Assembly (NCBI GenBank): GCA_003133025.1
Contig: PKZK01000196.1
Coordinates: forward strand, 11,276 to 24,186
From: Vulcanimicrobiota bacterium
GTDB lineage: Bacteria > Vulcanimicrobiota > Vulcanimicrobiia > Vulcanimicrobiales > Vulcanimicrobiaceae
Direction: 5' to 3'
DNA: 12,911 bases
How positions within the stretch are numbered: the first letter of the stretch is position 1; every line of letters begins with the position of its first letter. The notes under the pieces are model-generated. The model was not told the origin of the DNA and did no database searches. It saw only the letters and a list, made by a program, of their open reading frames with translations. The position numbers were made by a program, and so were the translations under genes. Shown piece after piece: positions 6,671 to 12,911 of this stretch.

Positions 6671-7303
6671 CTAGTTGGACGCCCGCGGCCGGCCCACCCG
6701 GTAGACCGAGAGTATGCGGACCGCCGGATGAAGTCGCTGACCCTTCGCCGGGGCGTTCTGAATCCTCCGCACCACATCCATGCCTCCGATGACGTGCCCG
6801 AACGCGGCGTACCCATAGCGATCCGGACTGCGCTCGGCGTCGAGCACGCCGTTCGTGTTCCCGATGGAGATGAAGAACTCGGAGCCGCCGGTCCCGGGGT
6901 CTTTGTCGCGGGCGATCCCGAGCGTGCCGTCGCCAAAGTGTAGACCGCTCGTCAGCGTCGTTTCGAGCGGGATCCTTCCGAAGGGATAGGGCGCGGCGTC
7001 GGGCAGGTCGAGCCCGCCCTGGATCACTTGGATCGGCCGGTGGGGAGCCTGATTTCCCGGCCGCACCGTACGATAGAAAGCGCTGCCGGCATACTTGTGA
7101 GTATCGACGTAGCGCAGGAAGTTGGCGACGGTCACCGGTGCTCGCGCCGCGTCGAGCCGCAGCACGATCGTGCCGAGCGTCGTCCGCATTGCGACATCGA
7201 CGAAACGCGGCGCTGCCGAACCCGCCGCCGGGAAAGCGCACAGTGCGGCCAGCACCGCCGCGATTGCCGAGCGGCGCGCAGTCATCCGCAACGTACCGAG
7301 CAT
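6671..7303 (-). CDS. Exported cyclophilin-type peptidyl-prolyl cis-trans isomerase
   Basis: TTLGTIVLRLD..RAPVTVANFLRYVD; FYRT; VIQGG; GTLGIAR; SEFFI; GYAAFGHVIGGMDVVRRI. Signal peptide present. Real start is ATG 7303 (TATTGT 6 nt upstream) or ATG 7285, not 7501. Confidence 0.92.
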   Translation of the reverse strand: MLGTLRMTARRSAIAAVLAALCAFPAAGSAAPRFVDVAMRTTLGTIVLRLDAARAPVTVANFLRYVDTHKYAGSAFYRTVRPGNQAPHRPIQVIQGGLDLPDAAPYPFGRIPLETTLTSGLHFGDGTLGIARDKDPGTGGSEFFISIGNTNGVLDAERSPDRYGYAAFGHVIGGMDVVRRIQNAPAKGQRLHPAVRILSVYRVGRPRASN

Positions 7304-7418
7304 TGCGGCACAATATGCCGGAATTGCTCGCGACCCTGCGCTCCTCGTCGCGCCCGCTCGAGCGTTCCAGGAGATTGCACGGGCGCGCATAAGCGCTCGA
7401 ACCCATGCGGATGGCGCG

Positions 7419-8330
7419 GTGAAGCACCTCGAGCGTACGCAGACGCACGGCGTCTGGGACAACGCGATCGCGCCTGTGCTCCACGTCGCACCGGGCGACA
7501 CGATCGAGGTCGAACTCGAAAACGCTTCGGGCGGTCAACTCGCGGCCGACTCCGCTGCGAGCGCGTTGTCTACCCTGGATTTTGCGCGCATCAATCCCGT
7601 GACCGGCCCCATCTTCGTCGAGGGCGCGAAGCCCGGCGACGCGCTCGTGGTCGAGATCCTGCATCTCGAGGTCGACGCCTGGGGCTGGACGGCCAACATC
7701 CCAGGCTTCGGGCTGCTGGCCGACCGCTTCACCGAACCCGCGCTGCGCATCTCGCGCATCGCCGGCGGCACGATCGAACTCTTTACGGGCATGCGTCTGC
7801 CGAGCGTCCCGATGATCGGAACGATCGGCGTGGCGCCCGCCGAACCCGGCGCGTTCTCGGTGGTGCCGCCGACGCGGTACGGCGGCAACATGGACATCCG
7901 TCACGTCGGCGCGGGCGCGACGCTGTATCTTCCGGTGGGCGTCGACGGCGCGCTGCTCTCGCTCGGCGACGGGCACGCCGCGCAAGGCGACGGCGAGGTC
8001 TGCGGCACCGCGATCGAAACGACCGCCGTCGCGACGCTACGCATCTCGCTCGACCGCGACCGGCACCTGCCCGCGCCGATGCTGCTGACCGACGAGCGCT
8101 CCCAGCGCCGCGGCCGCGCGTTTGCGACCACCGGCGTCGGGCCCGACCTCTTCGCCGCCGCGCGCGACGCGACGAGCGCGCTGGTCGCGGAGATCGTGCG
8201 CCGCACGTCGCTCTCCGACATCGATGCGTATCTGGTGGCGAGCGTCGCCGCCGATCTGAAAATCAGCGAAATCGTCGACGTGCCCAACTGGGTCGTCTCG
8301 CTGCACATCGACGCCGCCCTCCTCGACTGA
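7419..8330 (+). CDS. Acetamidase/formamidase family protein
   Basis: HGVWDNAIAPVL; NPVTGPIFVEGAKPGD; PMIGTIGVAP; GGNMD; LSLGDGHAAQGDGEVCGTAIE; DAYLVASVAADLKISEIVDVPNW. GTG start at 7419 chosen because the upstream in-frame part overlaps the cyclophilin gene. Confidence 0.93.
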   Translation: MKHLERTQTHGVWDNAIAPVLHVAPGDTIEVELENASGGQLAADSAASALSTLDFARINPVTGPIFVEGAKPGDALVVEILHLEVDAWGWTANIPGFGLLADRFTEPALRISRIAGGTIELFTGMRLPSVPMIGTIGVAPAEPGAFSVVPPTRYGGNMDIRHVGAGATLYLPVGVDGALLSLGDGHAAQGDGEVCGTAIETTAVATLRISLDRDRHLPAPMLLTDERSQRRGRAFATTGVGPDLFAAARDATSALVAEIVRRTSLSDIDAYLVASVAADLKISEIVDVPNWVVSLHIDAALLD

Positions 8331-8353
8331 ACGCAGCGGCCTCCGGCGGTGTC
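8328..8353 (+). promoter_or_regulatory. Putative ECF sigma-dependent (autoregulatory) promoter
   Basis: TGAAC (8328-8332) - 17 nt - TGTC (8350-8353) just upstream of the ECF sigma gene; matches the general ECF pattern of AAC at -35 and (C/T)GTC at -10. Confidence 0.55.
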
Positions 8354-8371
8354 ACCGTCCGTGAGAACCTA

Positions 8372-8869
8372 GTGGCACAATCTGCTTTCGACGACTTCGA
8401 GCGGCTCGTGCGGGAGAATCAGCGCGTGGTGTACCAGATCGCATTCGGCATGCTCGGCAACGCTTCGGACGCCCAAGACGTCACCCAAGACGCCTTCGTT
8501 CGAGCGTACGCCAAACGACACGAACTGCGCGACCCCGAGCGCTTTCGCGCTTGGGTCTGCAGCATCGCCCGGCGGCTGGCCCTCAATTACCGGCGCGCCC
8601 ATATCCGGGCGCGCAATCGGGAAGAGCGGGCCTCGAGCGTCCCGGCAGCCCGGGACGTGGAAGCCGAAGCCGAGGATCGCGCGTTTCTGCAAAGCGTCCG
8701 GCACGCCATCGACGCGCTGCCGCCCAAATTGCGTGAGACGCTCGTCTTGTGCGCCGTCGAGGGTTTGGAACCCGCGGACGTGGCCACGATGATCGGCATT
8801 CCACAAGGCACGGTACGCTCGCGACTGCATCTCGCGCGGAAGGCGCTGCTCAGGGCGCTCTCCTCATGA
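8372..8869 (+). CDS. ECF RNA polymerase sigma-70 factor
   Basis: Region 2 (FERLVRENQRVVYQIAFGMLGNASDAQDVTQDAFVRAY...FRAWVCSIARRLALN) and region 4 (AIDALPPKLRETLVL...VATMIGIPQGTVRSRLHLARKAL). GTG start inferred. Confidence 0.95.
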   Translation: MAQSAFDDFERLVRENQRVVYQIAFGMLGNASDAQDVTQDAFVRAYAKRHELRDPERFRAWVCSIARRLALNYRRAHIRARNREERASSVPAARDVEAEAEDRAFLQSVRHAIDALPPKLRETLVLCAVEGLEPADVATMIGIPQGTVRSRLHLARKALLRALSS

Positions 8870-9357
8870 GCGAATGCCGCGTCCATGCACAGGAAATAAG
8901 CGACGTGGCGCTCGGCTCGGCAGCGAGCCCGCAGTTCGGCGCGCATCTCGAAACGTGCGCGGCATGCTCGCAGGCACTCGAGAGCCGGCGCGCGTTGGCG
9001 CGACGCCTCGGTGCGGCCGTCGATGCACTCGTCCGGCGGGATCCGCCGGCCGACTTGGCCGCAACGGTCGCGGCGCGCATGCGCACATCGACGCAATCGA
9101 CGCGACGCTCGTTCGTACCGGCGTTGCGCGCCGGCCTCGCACTCGTCGCGGCCGTCGTCGCAACGTTCTTCATCGTCCGCGCGGTCGTGCCGCCGCCCAC
9201 GCCCGCGACCTCGGTCGAAGCGCTCGACCACTGGCGTTCGCCGACGGCGTCGCTGCTCGAACCGCCGGCCGGCGTGCGCGTTCCGCCTCGCGGGTCCCGC
9301 GGGGAAACTCCACCATCCCATGCAGTCATACCGATTGGAGCACAGCATGTCTCGTAA
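8866..9357 (+). CDS. Membrane-anchored zinc-binding anti-sigma factor (ZAS / zf-HC2)
   Basis: ATGA overlap with the sigma stop; N-terminal Cys plus HLETCAAC (HxxxCxxC); one TM helix (AGLALVAAVVATFFIV); short extracytoplasmic tail with WRSPTASLL. Confidence 0.88.
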   Translation: MSECRVHAQEISDVALGSAASPQFGAHLETCAACSQALESRRALARRLGAAVDALVRRDPPADLAATVAARMRTSTQSTRRSFVPALRAGLALVAAVVATFFIVRAVVPPPTPATSVEALDHWRSPTASLLEPPAGVRVPPRGSRGETPPSHAVIPIGAQHVS

Positions 9358-9775
9358 CATTGCAGGCGCCGTCCTGGCCATCGTCCTGCTCGGCTCGCCC
9401 GCGCACGCGCAAACCGCGCCGGAACCCGATCCGATCCACGACGCGCTCGTCTCACCCGACGTCGCGATGAAACACGCTCAAGAACTCGGCCTGAGTGAAG
9501 GTCAGATCAAGACGATCCAGACCGACGCCGTCGATGCGCAACAACACTTCGTGCACCTGCAGTACCAATTGCGGGACGCGCGCGACAAACTGGTGGGCCT
9601 GCTCAAGGCGAGCAGGGTCGACGAGACGCGTTCGCTCGAGCAGCTCGACACCATCCTCCACGTCGAGCGCGACGTCAAGCGCACCCAGTTGGGCCTGATG
9701 ATCAAGATCAAGAACGTGCTGACGCCCGAGCAGCAGGCGCTCGCGCGTAAGTTCGCCGCCGACGACGGGAAGTGA
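9347..9775 (+). CDS. Periplasmic Spy/CpxP-like (heavy-metal sensor family) helical protein
   Basis: GGAG SD; signal peptide ending AHA; LTxxQ-type motifs at both ends (ELGLSEGQ and VLTPEQQ); helical hairpin composition; overlaps the anti-sigma 3' end by 11 nt. Confidence 0.85.
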   Translation: MSRNIAGAVLAIVLLGSPAHAQTAPEPDPIHDALVSPDVAMKHAQELGLSEGQIKTIQTDAVDAQQHFVHLQYQLRDARDKLVGLLKASRVDETRSLEQLDTILHVERDVKRTQLGLMIKIKNVLTPEQQALARKFAADDGK

Positions 9776-9780
9776 GCCGG

Positions 9781-9808
9781 CCGCCGCTTAGGCGAGCGGC
9801 GGTGCTTT
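9781..9808. terminator. Hairpin between convergent genes, possible intrinsic terminator
   Basis: CCGCCGCT [TAGGCG] AGCGGCGG followed by TGCTTT, 5 nt after the stop at 9775; weak U-tract. Confidence 0.4.
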
Positions 9809-10312
9809 GACCCCGGCCGACGCGTAGAGGGCGCGCGTGTCGTACAGCACGCCGCCCTTGATCGTGGTGCCCGCACGGCGCAGCGCGGAGATGTCGGCGA
9901 GCGGGTTCCCGTGGATGACGACCGCATCGGCGATCTTCCCCGGCGCGAGCGAACCGAATTGATCGGCGACCTTCATGACGCGCGCAGGTACGATCGTCGC
10001 CGCCTGAAGCGCGGCCGCCGGCGTGAAACCGGCCTTGACGTAGAGTTCGAGCTCGCGCACGGTGTCGAAGCCGGGGAGCACGTTGTCGGTGCCCGCAACG
10101 ATCCGAATGCCGCGCTCGTGCATGATCCCCAGCAACTTCAGGAACGCGTCGCCGGAGGCACGATACGCCGCATCCTTGTCCGGCGGTACCGGGAACGCCG
10201 CCGAGAGCAAACCGCGCCGAACCTGCGGCGGCAACCAGTCCGCAACCTCGGCGAAGCCGCTCGATGCGAGGTCGCCCGAGCGCTGATACGCCGATTGATG
10301 AAATAACGCGAC
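9788..10312 (-). pseudogene. 5'-truncated metal-dependent amidohydrolase (C-terminal part only)
   Basis: GIRIVAGTD...RELELYVKAGFTPAAALQAATIVPA...GSLAPGKIADAVVIHGNPL is the amidohydrolase C-terminus. The frame stays open upstream of TTG 10234 (VALFHQSAYQRSGDLASSGFAEVADWLPPQVRR) up to an in-frame TGA at 10315-10313. No N-terminal HxH motif. Confidence 0.75.
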
Positions 10313-10365
10313 TCACGGCGAGCGGTAACGGGAAGTCGCCGCATCCACACCGAGAAGACCGTGAA

Positions 10366-10926
10366 ATGGGACAAATCGTCATCCTGTCGGGCCCCGTCGG
10401 CGCGGGGAAGAGTACGGTGGCGCGGGAGTTGATCGCCGCATCGGGCGAAGGCACCGCCTATATCGAGGGCGATACGTTCTGGTCGTTCATTGCGAAACCG
10501 GCGACGGGTCAGAGCTACCCGAAGGCCTTCACGATGATCATGCGCGCGATGACCGCGACCGCCCGGCACTTCGAACGCGACGGCTATGAGGTGTTGCTCG
10601 ATTTTTCGATACCGCCGTGGTACCTGGAGGCTATAGGCAAACTTCTTCAGGGCAAGAGCTTCTCGTACGTCGTGCTGCGACCGAGCGAGGAGGTCTGCGC
10701 GGCGCGCGCGGCCGCACGCCCCGAGGGTACGATCGCCGACTACGAGCCGTACGCGGAACTGTACCGGGCCTTCGACGGAATGGAGCGCCATACGCTCGCC
10801 GACGATGCGGCGACGCCCGCGGCGATGGCCGCACGCATGAGAGAAGGGCTCCGGGCGGGCGCGTTCGTGATCGACCCGGCGGCCGCAGGCGGATCGACAG
10901 CCGCGGTTTCCATCGAGCAACCGTGA
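10366..10926 (+). CDS. P-loop NTPase, small-molecule kinase-like (AAA_33 / NMP kinase fold)
   Basis: MGQIVILSGPVGAGKSTVAREL Walker A at the N-terminus; YIEGD; EVLLD; VVLRPSEEVCAARAAAR lid motif. Start ATG 10366 rather than 10264. Confidence 0.88.
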   Translation: MGQIVILSGPVGAGKSTVARELIAASGEGTAYIEGDTFWSFIAKPATGQSYPKAFTMIMRAMTATARHFERDGYEVLLDFSIPPWYLEAIGKLLQGKSFSYVVLRPSEEVCAARAAARPEGTIADYEPYAELYRAFDGMERHTLADDAATPAAMAARMREGLRAGAFVIDPAAAGGSTAAVSIEQP

Positions 10927-11047
10927 CTTCGATTGAAGAAGCGACGCATCACGCACCGGAAACCTCGTGCCCATGTCGACGGGCCTGCGCTCGGGTGCGA
11001 TCGCTCGACTCATCGAAGCGGCGACGCGCTAACGGCGCGCGGCCAGT

Positions 11048-12403
11048 CTAATAGCGAGCGCGGAGGGCGGGCAGCTTGAGCGCGCAGAGCGTGTAGCAAC
11101 CGGCGTAGATCGCGCCGTTGACGATCACCGGCGTCGCCGGTGCGGCGCCGTTGCCGAACGAACTCGCCCAGAGGAGCGCGCCATTTTTCTCGTTGAGCGC
11201 GGTGAGCCCATCATTGCCGTTGTTGCCGCCTCCACCGTCGGTGAAGACGATGCCGTCGGCCACGGAGAGCACGCCGCCGTTCGTGTAGTTGGCGTTAGCC
11301 GAATAGTTCCACAACTGCTTGCCGTTGCCGGTCGAGAGCGCGTACACGCCGGCCAGTCCGTCGTTCACGAAGAGACGGCTCCCGGCCAAGGCCAGCGAAT
11401 CCACCGTTCGAGGCAGCGTCGTCGTCCATTCCTGGGCGCCCGTCTTTGCGTCGAACGCGACCACCTGGCCGTCGCTGCCCGCGTTTTCCGCAACGTATAG
11501 CATTCCGCCGCCGGCTATCAAGCCCTGAACGTAGACGCTTTCCGAGGCCGCGCACCACACGGACGCGCCCGATTTTGCGGACAGAGCGCAGATGTAGGTG
11601 CTGCCGGAGGGACCCTGACAGCCGAGTACTGCGAAGACGAGCCCGTTCGCGCCGGGCAACGGATTGCCGCTCGTATCGCCCGCATCCGGACAATGGTACT
11701 CGCCCGGGACATCCCAGAGTAGCGCGCCGGTCTTGGGATTGAGCGCCTCGGTATCCGGTTGCTCGTTGACGCCTTCGGTGGTCTGGAAGACGATGCGGCT
11801 ATCGTAGAAGGTCGGCGACGTTCCGTTGACGATGCCCTCACATCCGCCACCTTGATATTGCGAGCATAGGTGCGTCCAGACGATCGCACCCGTCTTGCTG
11901 TCGACGCCGCAGAGCCCGGTGAGGAAACCGCTGCTCTGCCCGTTGCTGCACGGAGTAACGACGACGTTGCCGGCAACTGCGGCAACCGGATGAACGAAGT
12001 TTCCCCAAGAACCGTTGAGGTTGACTTGCGCGAACCACTTCTGCGCGCCGGTCGTCGTGTCGAGCGCGTACAGGCCCGCATTCGACTGACCCTGGTCGTC
12101 AACGTAGGCGATGCTCCCATCCACCACGATGCCGCCGGGTTGGACGATGCTCGAATCGTTCCAGAGAATCTGAAGCTTCGATACGTTCTTCGTCGTTATC
12201 GTCGTTTCCAAGGGATTATACGCGGTCTGGCCGGGGTCATACCCGAACTGCGGCCACTTTGCCGTGCCGTCCGTACCAGCGAACTGTTGCGGGTTGAGCA
12301 CTTGCACGCCGGCGGCCGACGAGGGGGCCGCGACGGCAAAGGACGCGATGAACAGCAGAGCGCCGGCGGCGGCCGAAGCGCGACGAGAGTTTGGCACGGG
12401 CAT
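11048..12403 (-). CDS. Secreted PQQ-binding-like beta-propeller repeat protein
   Basis: AAGGAG SD 4 nt before ATG 12403; signal peptide; WPQFGYDPGQTAYNP..ITTKNVSKL N-terminal motif; repeated Trp-docking motifs (ALDTTTGAQKW, ALNPKTGALLW, AFDAKTGAQEW, ALNEKNGALLW). Confidence 0.92.
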   Translation of the reverse strand: MPVPNSRRASAAAGALLFIASFAVAAPSSAAGVQVLNPQQFAGTDGTAKWPQFGYDPGQTAYNPLETTITTKNVSKLQILWNDSSIVQPGGIVVDGSIAYVDDQGQSNAGLYALDTTTGAQKWFAQVNLNGSWGNFVHPVAAVAGNVVVTPCSNGQSSGFLTGLCGVDSKTGAIVWTHLCSQYQGGGCEGIVNGTSPTFYDSRIVFQTTEGVNEQPDTEALNPKTGALLWDVPGEYHCPDAGDTSGNPLPGANGLVFAVLGCQGPSGSTYICALSAKSGASVWCAASESVYVQGLIAGGGMLYVAENAGSDGQVVAFDAKTGAQEWTTTLPRTVDSLALAGSRLFVNDGLAGVYALSTGNGKQLWNYSANANYTNGGVLSVADGIVFTDGGGGNNGNDGLTALNEKNGALLWASSFGNGAAPATPVIVNGAIYAGCYTLCALKLPALRARY

Positions 12404-12447
12404 GACACTCCTTGGTGGCGGTGCGCCCGGTACGGGCGAACGTCCGG

Positions 12448-12494
12448 AGTGTAGCGCCCGCCGCCGCACGTCACCATGGGGGGCGAAACCCCAC
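12448..12494 (-). promoter_or_regulatory. Putative activator-dependent promoter of the PQQ-propeller gene with LuxR-type box
   Basis: -10 TACACT (12453-12448), poor -35, and inverted repeat TGGGG-N7-CCCCA (12477-12493) centred near -44. Confidence 0.55.
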
Positions 12495-12511
12495 CTTCGG
12501 GTAGGGGTTGG

Positions 12512-12911
12512 CTATCGAAGGGCGCCGGGCAACTCGCCGGCGGACGCGCGAAGCTCGCGGCGCGAGCGCATGTCGAGTTTTCGATACGCGGCAGTGAGGT
12601 GTTTCTCGACCGTCTTGTACGTGATGCCGAGCTGCTTGGCGATTTCGAGGTTCGATAACCCTCCCGCGGCCATGGCCACCACCTCCCGTTCGCGCGACGA
12701 CAGCGGCGAGGTCTCCGGCTGCGCGCCGAGGCGACGCGCGTGCCAGGTGGCGCCGCAGCGCTCGTACAGGGCGGCCGCCGAGGCAATCTCGCCGGCGAGT
12801 TCCCTCGCCTCCGCCTCGAGGAGGGGATAGCGCAGCCGGTGGAATCCTTCGGCGGCAGCGCGCGCATGCTGAGCGGCCTCGGCGTCACGGCCGGCGCGGC
12901 GTTGTTCGAAC
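12512..12911 (-). CDS. LuxR-family (probably large MalT/LAL-type) regulator, C-terminal part only
   Basis: Manual translation: ...AAEGFHRLRYPLLEAEARELAG...AAALYERCGA...LSSREREVVAMAAGGLSNLEIAKQLGITYKTVEKHLTAAYRKLDMRSRREL...stop at 12514-12512. LuxR HTH preceded by TPR-like helices rather than a receiver domain. Not in the ORF track. Confidence 0.93.
   Translation of the reverse strand, partial: FEQRRAGRDAEAAQHARAAAEGFHRLRYPLLEAEARELAGEIASAAALYERCGATWHARRLGAQPETSPLSSREREVVAMAAGGLSNLEIAKQLGITYKTVEKHLTAAYRKLDMRSRRELRASAGELPGALR

Noticed and set aside
3269..7985. Long alternative ORFs (3269..4624 -, 4906..6090 +, 5051..5710 -, 6074..6943 +, 6471..7985 -)
   Set aside because: Shadow frames of well-supported genes in high-GC DNA; Arg/Ala-rich with no motifs.
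7028..8371. 613-aa ORF 7028..8869 suggesting a sigma factor with a huge N-terminal extension
   Set aside because: The first 448 codons are Arg-rich off-frame translation overlapping the cyclophilin and acetamidase genes; only 8372-8869 looks like a sigma factor.
8749..9346. Upstream extensions of the anti-sigma (from 8749) and Spy-like (from 9011) ORFs
   Set aside because: They overlap the preceding genes; the ATGA-coupled start at 8866 and the SD-led start at 9347 fit better.
10937..11032. Short + frame ending ...TGNLVPMSTGLRSGAIARLIEAATR-stop, faintly like an alpha/beta-hydrolase C-terminus
   Set aside because: Too short, no catalytic His and no SD; cannot be distinguished from chance without a search.

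Overview
GC-rich bacterial chromosomal window with about 17 protein-coding regions (two cut by the window edges, one 5'-truncated remnant) and no rRNA, tRNA, CRISPR array or mobile element that I can see. Left to right: the start of a secreted protein (minus strand, missed by the ORF track); a Crp/Fnr regulator convergent with a DipZ-like CxxC redoxin; two orphan lipoproteins; a 7-repeat GloVer-type beta-propeller protein; a stand-alone molybdopterin oxidoreductase; a secreted hypothetical protein; an exported cyclophilin; an acetamidase/formamidase; an ECF sigma / zinc anti-sigma / Spy-CpxP-like triad; an amidohydrolase remnant; a P-loop kinase-like protein; a Cys-rich PQQ-type propeller protein; and the C-terminus of a large LuxR-family regulator (also missed by the ORF track). 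The gene mix is reminiscent of Eremiobacterota-like soil bacteria (impression only). The best signal is regulatory: crp and the redoxin gene each carry a CGTAA-N6-TTAC(C/G) palindrome centred 42.5 nt upstream of the ATG, with a -10-like hexamer 6 nt before the ATG, suggesting a small autoregulated, leaderless Crp regulon with a variant operator. Other candidates are a two-state RNA structure over an SD sequence, a LuxR-type box and an autoregulatory ECF promoter.
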